Source: Marsupella aquatica | Taxonomy: Eukaryota; Plantae; Marchantiophyta | DNA length: 64,000 bases | Reading direction: 5' to 3' | NCBI GenBank assembly: GCA_973895155.1 | Contig: OZ316892.1 | Location: 3,847,223 to 3,911,222 of the forward strand | Part shown: in pieces, positions 49,201-63,900 of the stretch | Position numbering within the stretch: the stretch's first letter is position 1 | How the letters are laid out: each line of letters starts with the position of its first letter | Program-made: the position numbers and the translations under genes | The notes under the pieces: generated by a model | Database searches by the model: none | What the model saw: the letters and a program-made list of their open reading frames with translations, nothing else | Told to the model about the DNA's origin: nothing

Positions 49201-49845
49201 CAAAGAATGTGTATCATTCCTGCACATGAACCAGACATTTTCTTCACACTTGCCACACGAGTGTCTTCAGCCATCACACGAGCGTTAAGGCACGTTGCAC
49301 AATCTCAACCATTGATAAGTAAAATCCAACGGATATGAATTAACTGTTGACGTGGAATTTTCTCTGAATTTTAAAATTTGCAAGAGTCTCTAACTGGACC
49401 CGTAACAATTACCTCTATAAGTTGGAATATTCATTTGATTAGAAGGGCCCTAAGTTTCTTACACTACTCAAAATTGGATTTCAAATCCCCTAATGTTCTT
49501 CCACAAAAAATCTAACAAAGTATTCCCTGAGAGCCAATAAATTAAGTGACTCTATATTTTGTTGCATGAAATTAATGACCTCCAAGAAACATATTTGGTT
49601 GAACTTTCACTAAGTACATATGGTCATTACCAACAGTGTTTAATAACAACTATATATAGTTGACAGGTCAAGCTTTAACGATATCATTAGTAACTATGTT
49701 TCATCAAGTACTATAATAATTATGTAATCCTGCCTAAAAAGTTCATCGTATGCTTACAAGCTTGAATGGAGAGAATAAAATATAGCCCTCAATTACATTC
49801 TGGACTTGTTCAGTTGGATTGTGTGCATTGGGGTGCCAAAAGAAG
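46271..49845. mobile_element. AT-rich non-coding insertion, probably a non-autonomous TE (unclassified)
   Basis: Homology to unit 1 stops at ~46270 (=~460) and resumes at ~49846 (=~1115). The interval is very AT-rich and nearly ORF-free, with internal tandem duplications (~46478-46556, ~46668-46868, ~47870-48110). No matching termini found. Confidence 0.5.
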
Positions 49846-50317
49846 GCCTACTCGCTAGAGGGTCTGCGTCCAGTTTAAAATTAAAGACTTTCTCGAGGAT
49901 ATCACCTGGTTTGTTAGATATTCGTCACGAACGAGGGAGCGGATTCACACGCTCTCTCACTCCAGTACTGCACAATTGTAATTGTACCACTTCTTTTTTC
50001 CAAGAAGGACTTCGTGCTTTGGAGGAAGGTTCTAGGTCTATAAACCCTCAGCCGCTCCTACATCATTGCTCTGCTTGCACTTCATGAGCCCTTCAGTCAG
50101 TCCCAGTCACGCTTGTAAGAAGGGCAATACCGACTTCCCATTGTCCCTCTTGCTCACCCTGTTCTGCACTGTCGCTTTCTCTCACTCTTGAGAAAGTAAC
50201 GACTCATTGTTTTTGGAAGGTACTAAGCTGGGCCCAATTCTCCCTCGTTGAATCACCAGTGCCATTTCGTTCCAGGCTTTTCTTGAGCGCTGAGTGCCTG
50301 CCAGTCAGTTGAAACAA

Positions 50318-53300
50318 ATGACTACCTGGGAGTGCATTGCGCTAGGATGGTCTGTGCTTGACATAATCAACGAGAGCAAGTACTTAGGCAAGGTGAGTCA
50401 ATGTCTTGGCCAATGCAGCGTCCTTTCTCTGCTCCGTGTATCGAGAGGTTAGTTTCAGCCCTGTTCATATAAGCTCTACTTTCATCTAGCTCGCAGCAAT
50501 ATGAACAGTGCTATACAGCACACCGTTGATAGTCTTGGTTTCAATAAGAGAGTCAACCTTTACTATTGCTGTAACTTGTTTCATGCACTTAATTCCTGAC
50601 TCGACTAATATCTCAACGATATTACAACTTCAAGATTAAAAAAGTTTTATCATGATCCTATACGCCTCCCAGTATCATGATGCATTTTCATCCCTCGAAA
50701 CTACTTTTACGTACCTTGCGCGAACCTACTAACCCGAAGTTATAGTTTCGATGTATTCTGAGCTATACTTTTCCTGTAGCTCAATTTGCTGAAATTTTAA
50801 CCTCTTAATGTCCCCTTTCGGTCTCCAGGTAGCGCCTCTTCCGAGGACGTTCCAAGATCTACGTTCCTATTACAAGGCGTTTCAGATGCCTTCGCTGGAA
50901 GATTCACGAGCTCAATTACAACGGGGTCTTGAAGAGCTTAGCACGGCTGATTATATGATAGTCAATTGTAAAAGCAAGATGGGGCCGAGGGTGAGGCATA
51001 GAAAGCGTGACGACAATGAGACGGAACTGATCAAACTCAACCTTGATATGGTTCGGTTTTCCAAAGAGGGAAGAAAGAAGATTCATCGCAACCGAAGCCG
51101 ACAGATGTCTTGCTCCTGTGCACATTTCTTCCAGAGAATCTAGACGATCTGCTAACGAAACCTGGAGAACACTACACCTTGGCGCTAATATCGAGTGCAG
51201 AAGATGACTCAAATGTAGCTTCTTTCAAAGTGAAAGCATGCATGCCCACAACGAGTCCTTTTTTTGAGTGCAAACGTTGTTACGCACTCTACGTCAACAA
51301 TGCCGCTACCATTATGAGGATTTGGGACGCACTAAATCCGGAACCAGCGGTGTTCCAAGATAAACGACAGCACACTGTCGCGAAGCAAACAGAGACAAGC
51401 ACCTCGTGAAGGTAATGGCTTCCTCCAAAAGTTTCGAATCATCGAAGGATTTCCTACACCTAGCTAGAAATGTACAAGTGTTCAAAAGCACCTTTAAGAA
51501 TAGAATCACACGAGTTTCTAGTAAGTTCCGTGAACCCACTTTGAACTAGGATTCTAGAGCACCAGGTTACTCTCTTACGGTGGCTGCTTCGTATGACAAC
51601 GATCGAACTTGTTCCTGCAGGAATGCACAACATCTGGATTTGAAGGAGATTCTGACCAAAAAGTGAATCACCTGAGAGTGCTAGTTGAACAATATTGCAT
51701 GTCTCGACATCTAAATGAGCCACAGATCGTAGCCATAAGTACCACTGTGATGGGACTCATGAAGAGTGACGGTGTCCGGACAAAGCTCCTTCAAGGTCCT
51801 CCAGGTGAGCAAAGATTTTGGAAGAGTTCGATCGATGGAATATATATCGATATAGGATGAATCGATATATCGAATACATATTGATATAGCTAACTAAGTG
51901 GATTCAAGTTGACATTATGTCTACTGGAATTAACTTTTTGAAGTTGATCGTCCGGATTGGACAGGAACAGGAAAAACGACAGTTATTACTATACTCTTGT
52001 CCATCATTACGTCTTTGAAGGATCGTGTTCTTGTTAGCGCTCCAACAAATCGAGCAGTTGCGGAAATTGCCGAAAGGTTTCTGCAGACCTTGGGAATGAA
52101 ACAGTCCGCCTTACTTTCTAACATTGCCGACTTCAAATCTTCGGGAGGTCAGGTGGTGCCAAATGTCGCACCATTGCATATTGGAGACGTTCTGCTGGTT
52201 GGAAATGAGGGTAGAATAGACGCTGATGGTATTCTTGGTGACATCTTTCTGAAGAAACGGGTAAAACTCCTCCAAAAAGCAATGGCTCCTCTCTCAGGCT
52301 GGCAAGCCTCAGCCCGAGAGGTCCTTAATATTTTGAGCACGGACTCCGGTTTGGTACAGTATCAACAGCACAAAGAACTTTGCGACAAAGATGAACGGCC
52401 ATGCCCAACATTTCTGGAGTTCATTCGACAGAAAATGAATAAATTGGGGCAGAATTGGATCGAAAGTGGACATGTGATGTGTAAACACCTACCCAGCAAG
52501 GTACTGACTTCAAAAGCACGAGAGCTGCTTCAATTGTCGTGTGAGATTATGGTAAATCTTCTCAAGTGTCTGCAGAGCAATGTACGCGTTAAAGACAATG
52601 TACGCGTAAGAAGGTGGTTCGAAGATGCCTCTAAGGGCCATGTTACAACAAACTCTACTGCAGACAGAGAGTTTTATAGTTCTAAACAGAAACTTCTAGC
52701 TAGCATGGACAGTCGGCCTGGCTTTGATGTTCTGAAGTTCAAGAACGTTGAAGCAACGTGCCTCCGAAATGCATCGTTGCTCTTCTGCACAACTTCCACA
52801 GCAGGTAGCTGGCGTGTGAAAAAATCGGGAAGCTTCGACTATGCGGTCGTTGATGAAGCTGCACAACTTGTCGAAGCTGAGACGGCCTTAATCGCACAAC
52901 TGGCGGGAATTGATCAAATGCTGTTGGTCGGGGATCCTAATCAACTTCAGGCCATGGTCACCAGTAAGGTTTGTGCTCAATTTCTGTGCTCCCCGTGATT
53001 TGACCTTGCATAGTGAGACCAATGGTTACACATGCATGAAATTCGAGAGACTTAATGTCAACTGTTTAATTAACGCCGGCTTACGAGTCAGTAGTACTTT
53101 TTGTTCCTGAATAGACCCATAAAGGTGACCTATTTGGGATGTCATTCGTTTATCTGCGATTGACTTACCACAATCTCCCCAATTGTACAACCTCCAGATA
53201 TCCAAAGCAAGCGGGTACAGCAGAAGTCTGTTCGACAGGCTTCAGACATTGGGTCATCCACACCAGATGCTGAGAATTCAGTACAGAATGCATCCGGAGA

Positions 53301-55695
53301 TAAGTAGGTTTCCTAATCAGCAGTTTTACGGAGGTCTGCTCGAGGATGCACCAAACGTTCAGCGCGAATCTTATAAAATACCATGCCAAGACTTTTACGG
53401 GCCCTATGCTTTCATAAACGTAACGAACGGAGAAGAAGAAAAGGGGGGAAACGGGAAATCCTTCGAAAACTCTATCGAATGCGACGCCGTGCAATACATC
53501 CTCAACAAAATTCAAGCAGGTGATTTACACATTCGATCAGATTCCAGTCTTGTACGCAAACTTTGCAGCGCAGCGTAGTTATGAATCAATTGTACTTGCT
53601 GGTAGAGTCATTTGGATAATAAACCTAACAAAGCTTCAATTCCGTTGTATCCGGGAATTCGAGGTGACAATTGAGTGTCAGGCTGTTGCTGTATGTAGAT
53701 TATGCACGGACGCTTCGCTTCCGGTCGATGACACTCATCCTGCTTTGCAGAAAGTAAGACGAATTCGAGCGTGGGAGTCATTTCTCCATATCAGGGCCAG
53801 ATTGCGAAGATGAGTAAGCGTATGTCAGTTTTTGCCTCTCGTGGCTCGAAGCATTCGGCTAGACTGGACGTCGATTTCAAGACGGTGGACGGATTTCAAG
53901 GAGGAGAAAAGGACATAATAATTTTCTCAGCAGTAAGGGCAAATTCTTCAGGAAACATTGGGTTCTTGGACGATTTTCGAAGGCTGAATGTGGCAGTAAC
54001 CCGCGGCAGGTTGATGTCTTCTTCATCCCTCATGTGTATCCTTTGACATATTTTGTTAGTCGGATAGAAGAGGTGATACCTATATAGACAGTATACTGCC
54101 AGAAACAATTAAAATGAGAAGCTTGACAACTTCATGATTGGTTATTGAGTATCCAAGGCGTGTCAATGCAACGGACTACTAGCTAATTCCGTTGCGTCTC
54201 GTACAGATTTGCTTTTACCAATAGAGCGGCAATGGAAACACGTCTGTACCGTGATGATGATCGATGAATGCCAATTGTTTCAAAGAAAGCTTGTGACTAG
54301 ATCTCTGGCTGGCAAGACTTGGAGTCTTTCCTGTCTGCCCAATCGCGTCGCTATGCCAGAAATTGCAAGTATCTTTTATCATCATTGAATATTATCTTTT
54401 CTTGCGAACAGTAACCAGACTTACATGTTGAAACTGCCTTGATTCACAGGCACTGTCTTTGGGTCATTGGTCATGCGCCCACATTAAGTTTCAGTGATCC
54501 ACTGTGGAGAGCAGTCATCGCGAACGCGAAGAAGAGGCTTTGCTACCGCAATGCAAGAGTTGTTCCGAATGCGGGGACCATAATTCCTCTTCCTCTTCAG
54601 ATACGGAGCTTTGTGTATGAATTGATTGCCCTGAAACGATATTGCTCGAGTGCATCAGAATAATTACAGTTAGATGGTGATAAATAAATTGTCTTTAAAA
54701 GTCTGATTCACTCGGAGCTATAGCACTAAGACACTAATTAAAGCCCAAAAGCCTCGCCAAAAGCAAGAAAACGGCTTCTCTGATTTAGCTCACTTAACCT
54801 GGCTGCGTTCGACCGGTGCAAATGTCAAGACACGAAATGTACTGTACGTAGAAATTTAGTCGCATTAGGGTCCTGGTACGTTTGGCAATTCCAGTGTTGT
54901 CAGCTTGTAGCTATATAACCCTCCGCTGGTGATATTTGATCTCTCATTTGGTTTGGGCATGCGATATCTCCGCTTCTAAAGGAGTCGCATTCTAGCGACT
55001 GTGTATGAAAGAGTCTAGTCTAGTCTCTCATATTATAGGTCAGACCTCCCGGTATAAGAATGTTTTGTGGAATCGTGCAGCAGTACTGGGAGATTTGTCG
55101 CAGCATCTTTCCTTTTAGCCTGGTTCTTGGGCTGATAGAGTGTCTTTGCATGAAATGTTTCAGGAATGGGGACGGAAAGGCGGAGGACACGACAGTGGTT
55201 CAGAAGAAACTGCAGACTTTGTCCTTGAAAGAGTTGAAAACTGTTCAAAACATGAAAGCAAGCAGGAGATTGACTGGCCAAGCTTCATGCAAACAGGTTG
55301 TAGTTCAGGAAAAGTTGCAGACTTTGACCTTGACAGAGGTGAAAACTGTTCAGAATATGAAAGTAAACACGAGATTGTCTGGACAAGCTTCAGGCAAGCA
55401 GGTTGTAGTTCAGGAGAGGCTGCAGAACTTTGTCTGGAGGGAGGTCTGCCCGGATCGACAGCTGCAAGAAGGAAGTCGCATGAGATCGAACAAACCATTG
55501 TCTCCTTCGGAATTTACATGGAAACAGATTGTACCAGAGGACGTTTCGAGAGTGAAGGAAGCTTCGAAATCTCCTTCCAACGCAGAATGTGGTGCGAGTC
55601 GTACAGAACTTGTTTATTCATGGACTCTGACAGCATTTATGTGCATACCTGTAGTGTTAATCGCGAAGTCAATTTTTGGCAGGGGGTCGCAGTAA
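50318..55695 (+). pseudogene. SEN1/UPF1-like helicase, copy 2, frameshifted
   Basis: Same exon layout as copy 1. A 1-bp deletion at ~51057 (CGGTT-TTCC versus CGGTTGTTCC) and a 7-bp deletion at ~51389 in exon 2 do not compensate each other. Downstream exons remain open. Confidence 0.85.
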
Positions 55696-57305
55696 CGGGC
55701 AATCGGGCTCGTGCCAAGGTAAGCCAGTGTTTGTCTTGCACAACAAATAACATTCTCAGCAGCACTGTATCTGAAAGGTATTAATTATCTACGCAAGAAA
55801 AAGTCCCAGATCGACATGGACTAGAGACTTGGGTTGACGTCAATTATCAGTAGGTCGTCACAAATTTCTAGCTTGTTTACCAGGTTCACATTATTGTTCC
55901 TCGCCGGGTAGTCGGCTCTTCGAAGCATTGTGGTTTAAAATTAGCTAGATCAGTTCTCATGGTGAGTCCCAGCCTGTCACCCGAGTCGCTCTACTATCTC
56001 AATTTGTGGCAGACATTGGTGCCTTTCTCCATGAAGCAGTATGAGGATGCGTGTTAAACCATAGTGTGCATTTCAATGAAGGAACAGCTAGTGAGGAAGT
56101 GTTCCCTTTGACAGTTGGAACCCCTTGTCACTTTCAGTCCAACCATCAATTAGAGGACTTTCTCATATCTTTAGTTTCAGGGTACAATTAAGTCTGTAGC
56201 AAAGCCCATTCATGAGGCCAGTCTTATGGATAAAGCCTGAGTGTAGGCCTGCAAAGTTGTTTTTCTGGGGACAGATGTTGCCTTTGTGAAAGGGTTTTAG
56301 GGGGAAAGGGTTTGGAGCCCAAATCTGACTTTTTCAACTTTGGTTCTAGAAACTTTGCCCAGGGCATTGACACATTCCAGCGGGCATTCCAGCTAACTGA
56401 ACTGCAAAATTTTACAAACAAAATTTGGAAGGTCCTTAACTTGTGAATATAACACGTACCTTGTGTCTCATGTCTAGCAAGTTCACTGCCTGTGCTTATA
56501 CCTGCCGACCTCTGGTATAAACCCAATGATTGTCCTTATCTCAAGTAGACTGAGGCCTCCTCAAAAATTCCTGTTCCCATTTCAACCTTTGTAATAGGAC
56601 ATAGGAATGCTCCAACTTTAAACATCTTTCCGCAAATGGTAGAGAAAACCTGTTAGGAGTATCCTAATTATCTAGATAAATGAGCAAAACCTTCTTAAAG
56701 ATACCTAAAAGTCTGGATCCCAACAAGAAAGTAAAGTGTCCTTTTCTGCTCCAAAAGGATTCTCCCTTTCTGGCGCCACCTGCATGTTTTGGTGGATCGC
56801 TGGTTCACTGGATTCCCACTTTTAAGGTTCGTGCATACCGTCGAATCATGCTTATCGTGTCCAGTCCATGTAAACATACGTTCAATGACTACGCTATCAC
56901 AGAAGAAAACAAGAACTCTCTACCAGACCAATCACATTCTTCTGGGTACACATCTTAAAGACGAGCCCCCAAAGAATGCATTTCAGCTTGAATTGCTGGA
57001 ACACTTGCGAAAAATACTGTCTGCGTAGAGCAACTCCGATTCTGAAGATTTTCAGATTCGGTGTCGCTCCATTTCGATATGACTTTTCACGATTTGAACA
57101 CGCGCGTGCATGATTGTCTGACGACCAAGCTTGAAGCAAATTTGTGCTTGGCCCAAATTTGTCTGAGGACCAAACCTTCCACCGCGGAACAACGCATGAT
57201 TTTCTGACGACCGAACTTCGCACATCTTCTCCGACGACAATCACGTTTTGCGCCGCATCATCTCCTAAGACAATCACGTTTTGCACCTACTAAGACAATT
57301 CTACT

Positions 57306-57505
57306 ACACAATAGCACGAGAAGTACTTTATTTCACACTTGCATCCTTGCTTCGCTTGATGATCAAGTGAGATACTAACACAATAGCACGAGAAGTACTT
57401 TTTTTCATACTTGCTTCGTTTGATGATAAAGTGAGATGCTAACACAATAGCACGAGAAGTACTTTTTTTCATACTTGCTTCGTTTGAAGATAAAGTGAGA
57501 TGCTA
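57306..57505. repeat. ~65-70-bp tandem repeat, 3 copies, downstream of U1 copy B
   Basis: ACACAATAGCACGAGAAGTACTTT...AAGTGAGAT occurs three times; a single copy exists in unit 1 at ~8539-8597. Confidence 0.85.
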
Positions 57506-57517
57506 GTTGGATTGACT

Positions 57518-57677
57518 GATGAGGGCCGCGCGGACGCGAGCCCTCACTGTCACAAATTATGACGTGCATTTTCCCCTTAGGGAAACGCTAGAACTTGTCC
57601 GGTCGTGGTGCAATGAGCGGACTCGATCTAGACCAACCCCCTTGTGGATCAAGGTTAGATCCCGCCCAGGTAAGTAT
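57518..57677 (-). ncRNA. U1: U1 spliceosomal snRNA, divergent variant (copy B)
   Basis: Same AUACUUACCUGG 5' end, SL1 loop, U1A site and Sm site as copy A. SL4 tetraloop is UCCG, with a few SL2/SL3 changes. AGTCAA (3'-box-like) lies just downstream. Confidence 0.93.
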
Positions 57678-57701
57678 TCATCTCCGTCATGGTGGAAGAG
57701 C

Positions 57702-57755
57702 TTTATACTCAGGGTATCCTTGTATCTGTCAACTGAAGCTCCGACTTATGGTTTT
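57702..57755 (-). promoter_or_regulatory. TATA box and USE-like element for U1 copy B
   Basis: TATAAA at -30 (57707-57702); AAAACCATAAGTCGG at 57755-57741. Confidence 0.65.
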
Positions 57756-60700
57756 ACGGGATCGCGTTCACGAGTCGCGTGGTATGTTTTCGTGGCAGGG
57801 AAGGAGCATGGGAGATGGGAGACGAAAGAAAGGCACTGTGTTCCGGTGCACAATTTAAAAGAAGAAGTTTTCCACGCACCCCACTTCCAACAACAAAATA
57901 AAATTAAAGAACGACTGCCACTGACCCCCACAGCTTCACGACAACAAAACCAAAACGCGGCGCTCTAAAAAACTATCAATTGAGGGTCTCAAAAAGCACA
58001 TAAGTATGCATGTAAGTAGTGTTTGTTACTCAAGCAAAGTGAGGGCTCTAAGCACCTAGAAAGGCTGTCTTGGTGCAGGGAGCTTTGCCGGGTGGCAGGT
58101 GACTGCAGGGGAAAAGGCAGGTGAAGGGAAAGGCGAATGCTAGGGTTACAATGCTAGGATGAGTTAGGGATGGGCGTCAGGATGAGGCAACTTCTATACC
58201 CTGCACTTCCCCCTAAGGAGCCCTAGTCACCCTCCTTGCAGCCCACTTGCACCTCAGCAACCCTTGTCCCCTGGCACCCAAACCCTATGTGGCCAGTGGT
58301 GAAACAGAACTCTAAGTAAGTATCCCTTGTTGTCTGTCGCCTCAAGGGCATGGTCCAGCATGTAAAACTCATGCAAAGCCCATTTGGGGGTGTATGGACC
58401 CTCTCTCCCAATATTCTCTCTCCCAATGTCTTTGACAGGAAGTTGTTTGACATCTGAGTTGCAACTAACTTGAACCAAATCACAGACTAGAAGATTGCTT
58501 TCACCATGACTTCCTTTAAAGTGTCTCTTCAAAATTAAATTTCCTTGGTTTTAAAATAATAAATGAGCCCTCTTTTTATCCAACCTTGCAGCGGCCTGGA
58601 CAAACCTGGGGTCTATCCACATCTGAAATTGATGATCCAGACCTGAAGACTTTAAGAACATGAGGAGAATTTGTACTTTCGTAGCATTGCTACAATTATA
58701 CATTCACTTCCAAGTATGCCCAAGGTGAGTATATATTGCATGATGCAACGGACAGAAAGTTTTGATATAGAGTAAGGTATAATTGTTAGCGAACCATTAG
58801 TGATTCTTAATGTATTTTGACTTTCGTTTTTTTAATGCATTTCTAAGACTCCATACATAGGGTTACGCAAAAGAGGACTTCCAAAATTGGGTTTTAATTA
58901 TAATTACTAATTAGGTTTTGGCTAGTGAGAGACTAACTTTGCGATGTTGTTTTTTCTAGTAACAAGAAATTCCCCCCCACCCACGCTAGCTGGAGGCTGA
59001 GAATATTAAATAGCAGTGCGCATCCGTCGAGATCGAGAATCGGTCTCACTTGATACAATGAATGTGCCGTTCAGATCGAAGTCACTACTCAGGATGATCT
59101 GAAGGAGTGAGCTAAAACAAGCCAAGTACACCAGCAATTGAAAATGACATGAGAGAGCCTCCGTATGCGAAGATGCAGGCTAACTTTCTTACAATGATTG
59201 TATGGAGCTTTTCGAAGCAGTGGAGCGGATCCTTACATCTACGGATCTACCTTCCTCTCAAACGGCCGCCGGCTTTGGGTACGGTCCCTCTCATGCAGCT
59301 CTCCCAATTCCATCTCGTCAGGTCCACTTCAGGGATAACACACTAGTACCTCGGATATTTACCTGATTCCGACAGAAAGAAAGAGGCAATCCGTAGTGCT
59401 ACGGGTGCACGGAGGATCTGACTCACAACAATCCAAATTCAGATTTCCAAAGAGCATCGAGAAAACTTCTTTTGTACATATCATAGTGAAATGATTTTTA
59501 AAACTTCCAGGAATAAAATTTTTGATTAGAGGCTCCTCCGTACAGGGAATTTTGTATCCATTTTGTACTTCAAATTTCAGCCCTTCGCTCGTCCTGTGAG
59601 TGAGGATGAATGCTCTGAGAGGATGGATTTCATGAATCTTTTAGAGCTAAGGGCTTTCTCTTCTCGTATGCTTGTCACACGCCTAACCTATATAACTAGG
59701 GAGGGCCAAGGACACATGAATAACAGCCCATCCGAGAGGCTACACATTCAAGATCTTAGGCATTCCACAACTTCGTCAGATATCTGAATCCGGCTCACAG
59801 TTGGACTCGCCTGGGGCAGCTTTGAGAAGAAACTGATTGAGTGGTGATCAAGAGAATAATCATCACAAAAACGTTAGAGATTGGAAAGTTGGAATCAATT
59901 TGGATAAATACATGGTGGGATTTAAATTTGATATGTTCCAGGATCATTTCCGCCCAGATTGACTCATTCAGCGATCACGCAACTCAACCGAGAACTCAAC
60001 TATAGCCTTCGTGCCTTGCTGATTAATATGTAAATGTACCTGTGGTAATGTGGCCTTGATTAATTCGCAGTACCCATGGAGGAACCGCACAGCCCCTTCA
60101 ATTTCATTTGCTCCAGTTGCTAGGTCATCCGGAACCATTTCCAACTGTGCCCACCCAAATCTTGGAAATGTCGTAACAAGTTGAATTGCAGACTCTCTTT
60201 CGTCGTGCGGTCATCTTCGTTGCCCGGCCCAATTTTGTTTTTGAGTTGTTGCTTTAAACGGGAAAAAAAGTACAGACTACAAATACGTGCCTCCCTACTC
60301 GGGGGAGTGCGCGTCCTGTCTAGAATGATTATTTGGAAGTGGTCACGGATTCTTTTTTATCATTGAGAGAGCGGAGTCGCAAGGAGCAGTACTACGTTAT
60401 CACCTCTCTCTCTCCAGTACTATACTTCGTTACTGTCCCAGAAGGGATGGTTTGGAGGAAGGCTGCAAGTCAGGTCGTTCTATAATACCCTCAGCCGCCA
60501 ATAGCAACCGTAATCATTGCTTTACTCGGAAATCTTGGGCCATTCCCTGCCTATCGGATTAATTATGTCCAAATCTTTAAGATCGGTCCGCATGAGAGAT
60601 CATCGATCCTTGCTCTTACTCATAGATTTATCCGTCCTTGTCACTCTCGAAAACAGTATTCTGTCATTCCCCGTCGCCCTCGAAGGACGGGCGGGTGTCT

Positions 60701-60944
60701 CGCGACTCAGAGAGAATGCCCTTGGCCAACTACGGTACATTACCTTTATCTCGGTCTGCTCATTCTCTATTATCCTCGAGCTAAGTATATAGCCAAGGCT
60801 TGTTTCCATCACTCCAGTCCACTTTTGGTGGCGAACACGCTGTCCGATTCATACTTTTGGAAACGTACGCTGCTCACATCGTTCTGAGCGCTGAATCTAT
60901 TTCACTTCATGCTTTTCTCGTCTGCTGGGAGGCGGACGGTTGAA

Positions 60945-63900
60945 ATGGCATCAGCCGTAAGATTCCAAAAGTGGAAGGATAGCAGAGGCAAGACATGTGT
61001 AGTGGATCCTCGCGATGAGAACGCGCAGTATAGATGGGCTTGCACAGTTCTAGGTTGGTCACTCCAAGGCGTAATCAATGAGCGCATGTTCTTAAACAAG
61101 GTCAGTCAATCTTTTGGCCAATGCTTTCATTTTCTTCATGTTCTGCTCTAATCGAGGTCGCAACTGCGTGAAATTATCATGCGAAAATTAAAGGTGGAGG
61201 GTTGATTTCTTTAGCTGTTTTCTACTTCCGTCGACTTGAGTGTATATATCTGTTCAAGTTATAGTTTCCCTGTAGTCTGAGCTATACGTATTACAAGACT
61301 ATAGTTGAGCTGTCAAAATCTTCACAATGATGTTTTGATATGTCCTTCCCGTCTCCAGGTAGAAGCTATTCCGACGACGTTCAAAGACCTACCTGCGTAT
61401 TACAGGGCCTTTCAGGTCCCTTTGCTGGAAGATACTCGCGCGCAACTACAAAGGGGTCTTGAAGAACTAAGCACAGCTGATTATTTGATAGCTAGTTGGA
61501 ACGTCAGAAAAGAAGAACATGGAGGGCATACAATGAATGGGAAGGTACTCATGAAAGTCAACGTTGGTATCGTTCGGTTGTTTCAAAGAGGGAGGAAGGA
61601 AGATTCATGGAAACCCAAGCCGACCGATGTTCTGCTTCTGTGCACTTTTCTCCCAAAGAATCTAAGTGATCTTCGAAGTAAACATGGAGGACACTACACC
61701 TTGGCCGTCATATCCAATTCCGACGATAACTTTGTAGCATCTTTCAAAGTGAAAGCATGCATTTCCACAACGAGTCCTTTGTTTGAGTGCAAACGTTGTT
61801 ACGCCATCTACGTAAATAATGCCGCTACAGTTATGAGGATTTGGGACGCATTAAATCCGGAACCAGCGGTGTTTCAAGATAAACGAAAGCACACAGTCGC
61901 GAAACAAAATTTGTATAGAGACAAACAACTCGTGGAGGTAACGATTTGACATTTTCTCTAGTGAGACTTCCCCGAAAGTTTCAAATCATCCAAGGATTTG
62001 CCTAGACCTAGGGCCTAGAGATCGATGTACAAGTTCAAAAGCACCTTCCAAAGTAGAAGATCACGAGTTGCTAACTGTAAGTTCCGGAGGCCACTTTGAA
62101 GTAGGATTCAAGATCACTGGGTTACTCTCTTACGGTGGCTAGTTCGTTTGACAATGTTAAACTTGTTACTGCAGGAATGCACAACAACTGGATTTGAAGG
62201 ACCTTGTGATCGAAAAGTGCATCACCTGAGAGTGCTAGTTGACCAATATTGTATTTCTCGACATTTAAATCAGCCACAGATATTAGCCATAAGTACTACA
62301 GTGATGGGACTAATGAAGAGTGACGGTATCCGGACAAAGCTCCTTCAAGGTCCTCCAGGTAAGCAAAGATTTTCGAGGAGATCAATGGGACGTCAATTCA
62401 TGCGAAGTAAGTACGAGAATTGAATTTGAGATGATGGGGTAGAACTAACTTTTTAAAGTTGCGCGTCCGGATTGGACAGGAACAGGAAAGACCACAGTGA
62501 TTACTATACTCGTATCGATCATAACTTCTTTGAAGGATCGTGTACTTGTTAGCGCTCCAACAAATCGAGCAGTTGCGGAAATCGCCGAAAGGTTTTTGAG
62601 GACCTTGGGAATGGAACGGTCTGTCATACTTTCTCAAATGGCCGACTTAGTATCTCCGGCGGGTCTGGTGCGAAATGTCGCACCATTGCATATTGGGGAC
62701 GTTCTGCTGGTTGGAAATGAGGGAAAAATAGAGACGGATGGTCCTCTTGGTGACATCTATCTGAACAATCGGATAAAACTCCTTGCGAAAGCAATGGCTC
62801 CGCTCTCAGGCTGGCAAGCCTCAGCCCGAGAGGTCCTTGATATTTTGAGCACGGACTCTGGTCTGGTACAGTATAGAGAATACGAAAAACTTTGCGACAA
62901 TGAAGAGCAGCCATGCCAAACATTTATGGAATTCATTCGACAGAAAATGAATAGTTTGGGCCAGAATTGGATCGAAAATGGTCGTGTGATGTGTAAACAC
63001 CTACCCAGCAAGGTACTGACTCCAAAAGCACGAAAGATGCTTGAATTATCATGTGATATTGTGGTAGAGCTCCTGAAGTGTCTGAGCAATGTAGACGCAC
63101 CCGCTAATGAAAGACGAGTAAGAAGTTGGTTTGGAGGTACATTCGAGGCGCAGCAGAAAACCCCTGCTTCAGAGAGAGGTTTCCACAGTGCTAAAGAGAA
63201 ACTGTTAGCCGTCATGGAGACTCGGCCTGGCTTTGATGTTCTGAAGACTGGAGTTGACGCAGAAACGTGCCGAAAGAATACATCGCTACTTTTCTGCACA
63301 ACTTCCATGGCAGGATCGGGACCCTTCGACTATGTGATTGTTGACGAAGCTGGGCAACTAGTTGAGGCTGAGACGGCTATTATCACACAACTGGAAGGAG
63401 TGAACCAAATGCTGTTGGTTGGGGATCCAAACCAACTGCGAGCTATGGTCACAAGTCAGGTAACGTGTGTTCAAACTTACCGCCTACTTTGCAAAGTCTC
63501 TTGAATCTTGATGCTGTATGTATTTTTTCTTTTAATAATTCTTAAATAATACTTCGTGAAACCATTACGATCACATGAAATCACATGAAATTTGAAGGAG
63601 TCCGATCATTGTTTAGTTTTGCCTTCCGCTTCCTTAACATGTTTATTTTCTGGGCTCAATTTTCAGCGAGCTATTCGTTTTACCCCTTACACTGAATTGA
63701 TTTGATTGAACATGATGTGTGCACCTGTACGGGATGCAGATATCCAAACGAAGTGGGTACGACAGAAGCCTGTTCGACAGGCTTCAGACATTGGGTCACC
63801 CATATCAAATTCTAAAGATTCAGTACCGAATGCATCCGGAGATAAGCAGGTTCCCAAATCAACAGTTCTATAAAGGCATTCTCGAGGATGCACCAGACGT

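Noticed and set aside
56236-56864. ~630-bp segment present only in unit 2
   Set aside because: A real indel, but no termini, TSD or recognisable coding content, so it was not classified.
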